A DNA stretch of 14,981 bases. Source: a virus. Its lineage: Duplodnaviria; Heunggongvirae; Uroviricota; Caudoviricetes. Below, piece after piece: positions 1-8,354 of the stretch (position 1 is its first letter; each line of letters starts with the position of its first letter). The DNA lies in IMG/VR virus record IMGVR_UViG_2606217106_000010, positions 1-14,981 of that record. The stretch is one strand, 5' to 3'. The notes under the pieces are model-generated. The model was not told the origin of the DNA. It saw only the letters and a list, made by a program, of their open reading frames with translations, and did not search any database. The translations under genes and the position numbers were made by a program.

Positions 1-472
1 TACGTCACTTAAAAAACTCAGGCCGCAGTCGGTAACCTCGCGCATACAGCCGGGCAGTGACGTCATCGTCTGCGCGGAAATGGACGAACAGTGGGGCTAT
101 GTCGGGGCTAAATCGCGCCAGCGCTGGCTGTTTTACGCGTATGACAGGCTCCGGAAGACGGTTGTTGCGCACGTATTCGGTGAACGCACTATGGCGACGC
201 TGGGGCGTCTTATGAGCCTGCTGTCACCCTTTGACGTGGTGATATGGATGACGGATGGCTGGCCGCTGTATGAATCCCGCCTGAAGGGAAAGCTGCACGT
301 AATCAGCAAGCGATATACGCAGCGAATTGAGCGGCATAACCTGAATCTGAGGCAGCACCTGGCACGGCTGGGACGGAAGTCGCTGTCGTTCTCAAAATCG
401 GTGGAGCTGCATGACAAAGTCATCGGGCATTATCTGAACATAAAACACTATCAATAAGTTGGAGTCATTACC
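1..472 (+). mobile_element. IS1 insertion sequence, right-hand ~470 bp; the rest lies left of the window
   Basis: Sequence ends with the characteristic IS1 terminus ...CAATAAGTTGGAGTCATTACC at 451-472, and the internal ORF is InsB. The element is cut by the window edge, so its completeness cannot be judged. Confidence 0.9.
2..457 (+). CDS. insB: IS1 transposase InsB, C-terminal portion (5' partial at window edge)
   Basis: The frame is open from nt 2 and translates ...[48 protein letters not shown]...[15 protein letters not shown], matching IS1 InsB as I recall it. The provided ORF 80..457 is the internal-Met part of this frame. Confidence 0.9.
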   Translation, partial: TSLKKLRPQSVTSRIQPGSDVIVCAEMDEQWGYVGAKSRQRWLFYAYDRLRKTVVAHVFGERTMATLGRLMSLLSPFDVVIWMTDGWPLYESRLKGKLHVISKRYTQRIERHNLNLRQHLARLGRKSLSFSKSVELHDKVIGHYLNIKHYQ

Positions 473-516
473 GGAAGCTAATTCTGATATTAGCGATCCC
501 ATGTATTATTGGTTTT

Positions 517-1887
517 ATGCCAGCTCCGGCAGGATTAAGCGAACTGGCGTGGGTGCTTTTTGGTATTTACCTGGCGGCCATTGTGGGGCTGGTTATCAAG
601 CCTTTCCCGGAACCTGTCGTACTGTTAATTGCCGTTGCTGCCTCAATGGTGGTGGTCGGTAACTTATCCGACGGTGCGTTTAAAACCACCGCCGTATTAA
701 GCGGTTACTCTTCAGGTACCACCTGGCTGGTGTTCTCGGCGTTTACCTTAAGCGCCGCATTTGTGACCACCGGTTTAGGTAAACGTATTGCCTATCTGCT
801 GATTGGTAAAATCGGTAACACCACGCTGGGTCTGGGTTACGTTACGGTATTCCTCGATCTGGTACTGGCTCCGGCAACACCGTCTAACACCGCGCGTGCG
901 GGCGGCATTGTGTTACCGATCATCAACAGCGTGGCGGTGGCTTTGGGGTCCGAACCGGAAAAAAGTCCGCGTCGTGTCGGACATTACCTGATGATGTCCA
1001 TTTACATGGTCACCAAAACCACCAGCTATATGTTCTTTACCGCAATGGCGGGGAACATTCTGGCGCTGAAAATGATCAACGACATTCTGCACCTGCAAAT
1101 TAGCTGGGGTGGATGGGCGCTGGCAGCCGGATTGCCGGGCATCATTATGCTGCTGGTCACCCCGCTGGTGATTTACACCATGTATCCACCAGAAATTAAG
1201 AAGGTGGATAACAAAACCATCGCTAAAGCGGGCCTTGCCGAACTAGGACCGATGAAAATCCGCGAAAAAATGCTGCTCGGTGTCTTTGTGCTGGCGCTGC
1301 TGGGCTGGATTTTCAGTAAGTCTCTGGGGGTTGATGAATCCACCGTGGCAATCGTTGTTATGGCAACCATGCTGCTGCTGGGTATCGTTACCTGGGAAGA
1401 CGTGGTTAAAAATAAAGGCGGCTGGAATACCTTAATCTGGTACGGCGGTATTATCGGCTTAAGCTCCTTATTATCGAAAGTTAAATTCTTCGAATGGTTA
1501 GCTGAAGTCTTTAAAAATAACCTGGCATTTGATGGTCACGGTAACGTTGCTTTCTTCGTTATTATTTTCCTCAGCATTATCGTGCGTTATTTCTTCGCTT
1601 CCGGTAGTGCCTATATCGTTGCTATGTTACCGGTATTTGCCATGCTGGCGAACGTCTCCGGCGCACCGTTAATGTTAACCGCGCTGGCACTGTTGTTCTC
1701 CAACTCCTATGGCGGCATGGTTACTCACTATGGCGGCGCGGCAGGTCCGGTCATCTTTGGCGTGGGTTATAACGATATTAAATCCTGGTGGTTGGTCGGT
1801 GCGGTACTGACGATATTAACCTTCCTGGTGCATATCACCCTCGGCGTGTGGTGGTGGAATATGCTGATCGGCTGGAACATGCTGTAA
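517..1887 (+). CDS. ybhI: DASS-family (divalent anion:Na+ symporter-like) inner-membrane transporter YbhI; the N-terminus may be truncated by the upstream IS1
   Basis: 456-aa ORF, highly hydrophobic with many predicted TM segments, matching E. coli YbhI in sequence and in its position before ybhJ/ybhC. No ATG/GTG/TTG exists in frame between the upstream stop (412-414) and 517. The in-frame upstream codons 472-516 encode a hydrophobic stretch (RKLILILAIPCIIGF) that looks like coding sequence running into the IS1 end. Confidence 0.85.
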   Translation: MPAPAGLSELAWVLFGIYLAAIVGLVIKPFPEPVVLLIAVAASMVVVGNLSDGAFKTTAVLSGYSSGTTWLVFSAFTLSAAFVTTGLGKRIAYLLIGKIGNTTLGLGYVTVFLDLVLAPATPSNTARAGGIVLPIINSVAVALGSEPEKSPRRVGHYLMMSIYMVTKTTSYMFFTAMAGNILALKMINDILHLQISWGGWALAAGLPGIIMLLVTPLVIYTMYPPEIKKVDNKTIAKAGLAELGPMKIREKMLLGVFVLALLGWIFSKSLGVDESTVAIVVMATMLLLGIVTWEDVVKNKGGWNTLIWYGGIIGLSSLLSKVKFFEWLAEVFKNNLAFDGHGNVAFFVIIFLSIIVRYFFASGSAYIVAMLPVFAMLANVSGAPLMLTALALLFSNSYGGMVTHYGGAAGPVIFGVGYNDIKSWWLVGAVLTILTFLVHITLGVWWWNMLIGWNML

Positions 1888-2069
1888 ATATTCTCGTCAT
1901 ACTTCAAGTTGCATGTGCTGCGTCTGCGTTCGCTCACCCCAGTCACTTACTTATGTAAGCTCCTGGGGATTCACTCGCTTGTCGCCTTCCTGCAACTCGA
2001 ATTATTTAGAGTATATCCATTTATTATCTTTCTGCGCACTTCACGGTGCGCAGATATCTGGAGCATTTG

Positions 2070-4331
2070 ATGATCAAGTTATCTGAAAAAGGCGTGTTTC
2101 TCGCCAGTAATAACGAAATAATTGCCGAAGAACATTTCACCGGCGAAATTAAAAAAGAAGAAGCCAAAAAAGGCACTATTGCCTGGTCTATTCTCTCTTC
2201 GCATAATACGTCCGGAAATATGGATAAACTTAAAATTAAGTTTGATTCATTAGCCTCTCACGATATTACCTTTGTTGGTATTGTACAGACCGCTAAAGCG
2301 TCCGGTATGGAACGTTTCCCGCTGCCGTATGTGCTGACCAACTGCCATAACTCACTCTGCGCCGTCGGCGGCACTATTAACGGTGATGACCATGTTTTTG
2401 GTTTATCGGCGGCCCAGCGTTATGGCGGTATTTTTGTGCCTCCGCATATTGCGGTCATCCATCAATATATGCGTGAGATGATGGCAGGCGGCGGCAAAAT
2501 GATCCTCGGGTCAGACAGCCACACCCGTTACGGTGCATTAGGGACAATGGCAGTCGGTGAGGGCGGCGGTGAGTTGGTAAAACAGCTGCTTAATGACACC
2601 TGGGATATCGACTATCCGGGCGTGGTTGCGGTGCATCTGACCGGAAAACCTGCGCCGTATGTGGGGCCACAGGATGTGGCGCTGGCTATCATTGGCGCGG
2701 TGTTCAAAAACGGTTACGTCAAAAACAAAGTCATGGAGTTCGTTGGACCGGGCGTTAGCGCGCTCTCTACCGATTTCCGTAACAGCGTTGACGTGATGAC
2801 CACTGAAACGACCTGTTTAAGTTCTGTCTGGCAAACCGATGAAGAAGTCCATAACTGGCTGGCGCTGCACGGTCGCGGCCAGGATTACTGCCAGCTTAAC
2901 CCTCAACCGATGGCGTACTACGATGGCTGCATCAGCGTTGATTTAAGCGCCATCAAACCAATGATTGCGCTGCCGTTCCACCCGAGCAACGTGTATGAAA
3001 TCGACACACTGAACCAGAACCTGACCGACATTCTGCGTGAGATTGAAATTGAGTCCGAACGCGTGGCGCACGGTAAAGCCAAACTCTCGCTGCTGGATAA
3101 AGTGGAAAATGGTCGCCTGAAAGTGCAGCAGGGGATTATCGCGGGCTGTTCTGGCGGTAACTACGAAAACGTCATCGCGGCGGCGAATGCACTGCGCGGT
3201 CAATCCTGTGGCAATGACACCTTCTCGCTGGCAGTTTACCCGTCATCACAGCCGGTGTTTATGGATCTCGCCAAAAAAGGTGTGGTAGCAGATTTGATTG
3301 GCGCAGGCGCAATCATCAGAACCGCGTTCTGCGGCCCATGCTTTGGCGCGGGCGATACGCCAATCAACAACGGTTTGAGTATTCGCCACACCACGCGTAA
3401 CTTCCCGAACCGCGAAGGCTCTAAGCCAGCTAATGGGCAGATGTCAGCGGTGGCGTTGATGGACGCTCGTTCTATCGCTGCGACTGCGGCAAACGGTGGC
3501 TATTTAACCTCTGCCAGCGAACTTGATTGCTGGGACAACGTGCCGGAGTACGCCTTCGATGTAACGCCGTATAAAAACCGTGTTTATCAGGGCTTTGTGA
3601 AAGGGGCAACTCAGCAACCGCTGATTTACGGGCCGAACATTAAAGACTGGCCGGAATTGGGTGCGCTGACTGACAATATCGTCCTGAAAGTGTGCTCGAA
3701 GATCCTCGACGAAGTGACCACCACCGACGAACTGATTCCTTCCGGTGAAACCTCTTCTTATCGTTCAAATCCGATTGGTCTGGCGGAGTTTACCCTGTCT
3801 CGCCGCGATCCCGGTTATGTTAGCAGAAGTAAAGCGACTGCTGAGCTGGAAAATCAGCGTCTGGCGGGGAATGTCAGCGAGCTGACAGAGGTGTTTGCGC
3901 GCATTAAGCAGATTGCTGGTCAGGAGCATATTGATCCGCTGCAAACTGAAATTGGCAGCATGGTCTATGCGGTGAAACCAGGCGATGGTTCTGCGCGTGA
4001 ACAGGCGGCGAGCTGCCAGCGTGTGATTGGCGGTCTGGCGAATATTGCCGAGGAGTACGCGACTAAACGCTATCGTTCTAACGTCATCAACTGGGGGATG
4101 TTACCGCTGCAAATGGCGGAAGTACCAACCTTTGAAGTGGGGGATTACATTTACATCCCTGGCATTAAAGCGGCGCTGGATAATCCGGGTACGACGTTTA
4201 AAGGTTATGTGATCCATGAAGATGCGCCGGTAACGGAAATTACGCTCTATATGGAAAGTCTGACTGCTGAAGAGCGCGAGATTATCAAGGCGGGTAGTTT
4301 GATTAACTTCAATAAAAACCGTCAGATGTAA
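2070..4331 (+). CDS. ybhJ: Aconitase-family protein YbhJ
   Basis: The provided ORF starts at GTG 2046, but the in-frame ATG at 2070 ([11 protein letters not shown]...) gives 753 aa, the length I recall for E. coli YbhJ. The protein has aconitase-like glycine-rich and Cys-containing regions and the expected position between ybhI and ybhC. Confidence 0.88.
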
Positions 4332-4344
4332 AAAGCGCCATGTG

Positions 4345-4552
<208 letters not shown>

Positions 4553-4564
4553 AGTTAATTGCTC

Positions 4565-5848
4565 TTACTTCTTCGCCTCTGCAACCACTTTACTACCCAC
4601 GCCGCGGTTATTGTATTCCCACATGCGGTTGTAGTTAGTGTCATTCAGATTGCGCTGTATTTCGTCGTTATCATCTACGCTGCCGGTATTACCCGCAAAC
4701 GGACGATTAGAGATCACCGCATCGGCCCACGGTTTAGCCGTGTTAAAACCTTCGTTGATGGCGCTATCACGGATCACCACCTGACCGTTGGTATTGGCAT
4801 CAACATCCAGCGAGCGGCCCAGTTGCGCCACACCATCACCGAAAGCATTGAAACGGCTGTTTACGGCGAGGAAACCGTAGTAAATGTTGGACAGCGTAGC
4901 CGGTGCAAACACATACGCTTCTTGCTGAGTACGTGAGTTCACCACGCGGAATTCGGTGTTATCGAACACCACTGCGCCGCGACCAGAAACGATATCCACA
5001 TCCCCTTCAATGTAGCTGTTGGTCACCAGCGTACGCGGCTGACGATTTGTTTCCAGACGGTTCTGCACACCGCTGTTGGTGACAAAGAAGGTGTTCTGAC
5101 GACCGAGAATGTTAACGTTGTTAATCTGTACCTGGTCACCATCAGTACGCAGTGCCACCGCCGGATGGTTACCTGCATCTACGCTATCGCCCAGCGTGTT
5201 TTCGATGGTCAGATTTTGCAGTTGCAGGCCATTGTTTTGTGACCAGAAGACCGCAGAGCAGAGAACACCGATACTGTCGCTGCGTTTGCTCTGGCAGCTA
5301 TCGTACATATACCACGCTGGTTTACCTGGCATATATTTGCCGCGCGGGTTGACGTCGTGACGCCAGTCGGCAGGGCTCATGCCACCATCAAGGGAAAGCC
5401 CAATCTTCACATCAATCGGTTTTTCACCTGTACCGTACAGAGTAATTCCACCCGGAGCGGCAGGGACATATACCGTTCCCTGATACTCACCAGGCATCAC
5501 GGCAATATACTGGCGCTTGTTGGTACGCTTGATAATTGCCGCATCTACCGCCGCCTGAATCGTGGTATGCGTTACACCTTGAGTGCCCGCCGGGCCGACA
5601 ACAAAGTCAGGTTGCGCAGGCAGGGTAATCGGGGAAGGATTCCACGCTGCAGCACCTGGTGTCAGGGATGCAAAATAGTGTTGAGCATCGAAATTCTGCG
5701 CTTCTTTTGCCGACAGAATCGGGCGAGAAGAGGTACCAGGCGCGGTTTGATCAGAAGGACGTTGATCGGGCGGGGTTGAGCTACAGGCGGTCAGCGTCAC
5801 GCCAAAAGCCAATGCCAGCGCCAGACGGGAAACTGAAAATGTGTTCAC
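4565..5848 (-). CDS. ybhC: Outer-membrane lipoprotein YbhC (pectinesterase-family fold; putative acyl-CoA thioesterase)
   Basis: 427-aa ORF with a lipoprotein signal peptide and lipobox (MNTFSVSRLALALAFGVTLTAC...). It is the last host gene before attB-lambda in E. coli, and its length matches YbhC. Confidence 0.9.
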   Translation of the reverse strand: MNTFSVSRLALALAFGVTLTACSSTPPDQRPSDQTAPGTSSRPILSAKEAQNFDAQHYFASLTPGAAAWNPSPITLPAQPDFVVGPAGTQGVTHTTIQAAVDAAIIKRTNKRQYIAVMPGEYQGTVYVPAAPGGITLYGTGEKPIDVKIGLSLDGGMSPADWRHDVNPRGKYMPGKPAWYMYDSCQSKRSDSIGVLCSAVFWSQNNGLQLQNLTIENTLGDSVDAGNHPAVALRTDGDQVQINNVNILGRQNTFFVTNSGVQNRLETNRQPRTLVTNSYIEGDVDIVSGRGAVVFDNTEFRVVNSRTQQEAYVFAPATLSNIYYGFLAVNSRFNAFGDGVAQLGRSLDVDANTNGQVVIRDSAINEGFNTAKPWADAVISNRPFAGNTGSVDDNDEIQRNLNDTNYNRMWEYNNRGVGSKVVAEAKK

Positions 5849-5879
5849 AGGTTGCTCCGGGCTATGAAATAGAAAAATG

Positions 5880-5982
5880 AATCCGTTGAAGCCTGCTTTT
5901 TTATACTAAGTTGGCATTATAAAAAAGCATTGCTTATCAATTTGTTGCAACGAACAGGTCACTATCAGTCAAAATAAAATCA
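5880..5982. other. Lambda-type attL (bacterial arm, 15-bp common core, phage P-prime arm with Int arm-type and IHF sites)
   Basis: Core GCTTTTTTATACTAA at 5895-5909 is preceded by host sequence TGAAGCCT and followed by GTTGGCATTATAAAAAAGCATTGCTTATCAATTTGTTGCAACGAACAGGTCACTATCAGTCAAAATAAAATCATTATTTGATTTCAATTTTGTCCCACTCCC, which is the lambda attP P-prime arm as I recall it. Confidence 0.92.
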
Positions 5983-7053
5983 TTATTTGATTTCAATTTT
6001 GTCCCACTCCCTGCCTCTGTCATCACGATACTGTGATGCCATGGTGTCCGACTTATGCCCGAGAAGATGTTGAGCAAATTTATCGCTTATCTGCTTCTCA
6101 TAGAGTCTTGCAGACAAACTGCGCAACTCGTGAAAGGTTGGCGGATCCCCTTCGAAGGAGAGACCTGATGCTTTTCGTGCGCGCATAAAATACCTTGATA
6201 CTGTGCCGGATGAAAGCGGTTCACGACGAGTAGATGCAATTATGGTTTCTCCGCCAAGAATCTTTTTGCATTTATCAAGTGTTTCCTTCATTGATATCCC
6301 GAGAGCATCAACATGCAATGTTGTTGGGATGGCAATTTTTACGCCTGTTTTGCTTTGCTCGACATAAAGATATCCATCTACGATATCAGACCACTTCATT
6401 TCGCATAAATCACCAACTCGCTGCCCGGTAACAACAGCCAGTTCCATTGCAAGTCTAAGCCAACATGGTGATGATTCTGCTGCTTGATAAATTTTCAGGT
6501 ATTCGTCAGCCGTAAGTCTTGATCTCCTTACCTCTGATTTTGCAGCGCGAGTGGCTGCGACCGGGTTTGTTGTTATATGGCCTTCAGCCATAGCCTCTCG
6601 GAATGCATCGCTCAGTGTTGATCTGATTAACTTGGCTGATGCCGCCTTTCCCTCGTCTATGTATCCATTGAGCATTGCCGCAATTTCTTTTGTGGTGATG
6701 TCTTCAAGTGGAGCATCAGGCAGACCCCTCCTTATTGCTTTAATTTTGCTCATGTAATTTATGAGTGTCTTCTGCTTGATTCCTCTGCTGGCCAGGATTT
6801 TTTCGTAGCGATCAAGCCATGAATGTAACGTAACGGAATTATCACTGTTGATTCTCGCTGTCAGAGGCTTGTGTTTGTGTCCTGAAAATAACTCAATGTT
6901 GGCCTGTATAGCTTCAGTGATTGCGATTCGCCTGTCTCGGCCTAATCCAAACTCTTTACCCGTCCTTGGGTCCCTGTAGCAGTAATATCCATTGTTTCTT
7001 ATATAAAGGTTAGGGGGTAAATCCCGGCGCTCATGACTTCGCCTTCTTCCCAT
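5983..7053 (-). CDS. int: Phage lambda-type integrase (tyrosine recombinase)
   Basis: 356-aa ORF MGRRRSHERRDLPPNLYIRNNGYYCYRDPRTGKEF...HLLGHKSDTMASQYRDDRGREWDKIEIK, near-identical to lambda Int by recollection. It sits directly against the P-prime arm of attL, as in a lambda lysogen. Confidence 0.96.
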   Translation of the reverse strand: MGRRRSHERRDLPPNLYIRNNGYYCYRDPRTGKEFGLGRDRRIAITEAIQANIELFSGHKHKPLTARINSDNSVTLHSWLDRYEKILASRGIKQKTLINYMSKIKAIRRGLPDAPLEDITTKEIAAMLNGYIDEGKAASAKLIRSTLSDAFREAMAEGHITTNPVAATRAAKSEVRRSRLTADEYLKIYQAAESSPCWLRLAMELAVVTGQRVGDLCEMKWSDIVDGYLYVEQSKTGVKIAIPTTLHVDALGISMKETLDKCKKILGGETIIASTRREPLSSGTVSRYFMRARKASGLSFEGDPPTFHELRSLSARLYEKQISDKFAQHLLGHKSDTMASQYRDDRGREWDKIEIK

Positions 7054-7145
7054 TTCTGATCCTCTTCAAAAGGCTACCTGTTACTGGTCGATTTAAGTCA
7101 ACCTTTACCGCTGATTCGTGGAACAGATATTCTCTTCCATCCTTA
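7031..7145 (-). pseudogene. xis: xis remnant: only the C-terminal ~37 codons of lambda-type excisionase remain
   Basis: The reverse strand encodes ...KDGREYLFHESAVKVDLNRPVTGSLLKRIRNGKKAKS* and overlaps the int start as in lambda. Lambda-like sequence ends near 7145/7146, with no upstream xis start codon or N-terminal coding sequence. Confidence 0.75.
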
Positions 7146-7155
7146 TATAACCAGG

Positions 7156-7336
7156 TGAATCATTTGATACCGACAAGGGTTTTAGTGAAAGGAGGTGAAA
7201 TCACCTGTAAGATACTGAAATAAAACAGGTGATGGCTAGATGTGCGGATAAGGTCTATTTGATACCGATTGTGCAATAATTAGTCATTTATTATAAAATC
7301 GGCAACTCATTTGATACTGTGGTTTTAGTCTTTTAA
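7156..7336 (+). repeat. Putative left end (attL) of a Mu-like transposable prophage with three direct transposase-binding-site-like repeats
   Basis: CATTTGATACCG at 7161-7172, TATTTGATACCG at 7256-7267 and CATTTGATACTG at 7308-7319 are direct repeats; repeats 1 and 3 are each followed by GGTTTTAGT. Spacing of ~95 and ~52 bp resembles Mu L1-L2-L3. A candidate terminal 5'-TG lies at 7156-7157. Confidence 0.55.
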
Positions 7337-7377
7337 GGCGTTCCAAACAATGCGAAATACTCGATATAGTGCAAAAT

Positions 7378-7406
7378 GCGGGCTAATGCTATTAACCCGC
7401 TTTTGG
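7378..7406 (-). terminator. Possible hairpin terminator overlapping the 3' end of the repressor gene
   Basis: GCGGG (7378-7382) and CCCGC (7396-7400) form a 5-bp stem with a 13-nt loop, flanked by a T/A-rich run on either strand. The stem is short. Confidence 0.3.
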
Positions 7407-7937
7407 TTCTACCGCGTTAGATTTGCGACTTCTCTCAGTTTCTTCCAAAATCTCTCTGACGCGTTCGTCAGACATACCTTCAAGCTGTAATGCAGCTATT
7501 CTTTTCCTTCCTTCTAAGCGGATTAGATCTTGATTTTCAGGCTCTAACAACCGAGCTAAGTACTTGGCTCCATTCAGAACCAAATTTTTCGATAGCTGCT
7601 CTAAGTCTTTTTCATCAAGTGCGCTGATAATCGTCATAATTATCTTCTTGCTTTCATCTTGATTTTCCTTGATCTCACAACGATTCACTTGTGATGCATC
7701 ACTGAATCCACATAGCCACTCAACACTTACTCCTTCGATAGACGCAATCTGAAGGGCGACACTTAAGGATGGCTCAGTGCCACGAGACAGATAATTGTTT
7801 AGTGTTGAAAATGAAAGCCCCCAATCTCTTGCTGCAGCTCTGACGCTGCGGGAGCCAATCAGCCTTTTCAGACGCTCAGCAATGCTTTCTTTTCTACCAC
7901 CAGGAAAAGAAAGAGATGTTGTTGTTTGCTTGTTCAT
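7392..7937 (-). CDS. Prophage repressor with Cro/CI-type HTH, in the position and orientation of Mu c
   Basis: 181-aa ORF divergent from ner. The N-terminal region (IAERLKRLIGSRSVRAAARDWGLSFSTLNNYLSRGTEPSLSVALQIASIEGVSVEWL) has the pattern of an XRE/CI-family HTH. There is no obvious S24 peptidase domain. Confidence 0.7.
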   Translation of the reverse strand: MNKQTTTSLSFPGGRKESIAERLKRLIGSRSVRAAARDWGLSFSTLNNYLSRGTEPSLSVALQIASIEGVSVEWLCGFSDASQVNRCEIKENQDESKKIIMTIISALDEKDLEQLSKNLVLNGAKYLARLLEPENQDLIRLEGRKRIAALQLEGMSDERVREILEETERSRKSNAVEPKAG

Positions 7938-8121
7938 TTTCTTTTCTTCCTATCAATTTGAAATTATTAACTTTTAGTGTTGTCAGCAACCATTGATCCA
8001 CAATAGACAAAAGAAAGATGTTTTTTTGCTTTACATGAAGCAGAAGTGGATCAATACTTATATCAAATTTGATAACTAAGTTTAGTTATCAAATTTCGTA
8101 ACTTTTTAGGATAGATGAATC
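7938..8121. promoter_or_regulatory. Divergent promoter/operator region between the repressor and ner
   Basis: AT-rich 184-bp intergenic region containing a 14-bp perfect palindrome TATCAAATTTGATA (8061-8074), a further half-site copy TTATCAAATTT (8086-8096), and a 10-bp inverted repeat ATTGATCCAC (7993-8002) / GTGGATCAAT (8046-8055). Confidence 0.5.
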
Positions 8122-8352
8122 ATGGCGAGAAATGAAGTTAAGCCTGATTGGCATCCTCAAAGAATTTTGGGGGAAGTCAGAGCCAGAGAAGGAAGCATGA
8201 GGGCGCTGGCCCGTAAAGCTGGCGTGGGTCAGAACAATCTGTACAACGCGGTATACCGCCATGTTCCCAAGTATGAGGGGATTATCGCGGAATGCCTGGG
8301 GGTGCCGCCCGAGGAGATTTGGCCCAGCCGCTACATTCGTAAGGTCGCGTAA
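8122..8352 (+). CDS. ner: Ner-like DNA-binding protein (Mu Ner / Nlp family)
   Basis: 76-aa ORF containing the motif EEIWPSRY (cf. Mu Ner ...PEVIWPSRY) and a KPDWHPQRILG N-terminus resembling Mu Ner. It is the first gene of the rightward operon and sits immediately before the transposase gene. Confidence 0.85.
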   Translation: MARNEVKPDWHPQRILGEVRAREGSMRALARKAGVGQNNLYNAVYRHVPKYEGIIAECLGVPPEEIWPSRYIRKVA

Positions 8353-8354
8353 TT

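Noticed and set aside
459-662. 67-aa ORF starting at TTG inside the IS1 terminus and running into ybhI
   Set aside because: It crosses the IS1-host junction and overlaps ybhI in another frame, so it is an artefact of ORF calling.
4559-5779. Plus-strand ORFs of 125, 83, 66 and 140 aa (4559..4936, 5109..5360, 5152..5352, 5357..5779)
   Set aside because: All are antisense to ybhC, which is the well-supported gene here.
7054-7391. An intact xis or other small gene upstream of int
   Set aside because: No ORF of useful length is present. Only the C-terminal xis codons remain before lambda homology ends at about 7146.
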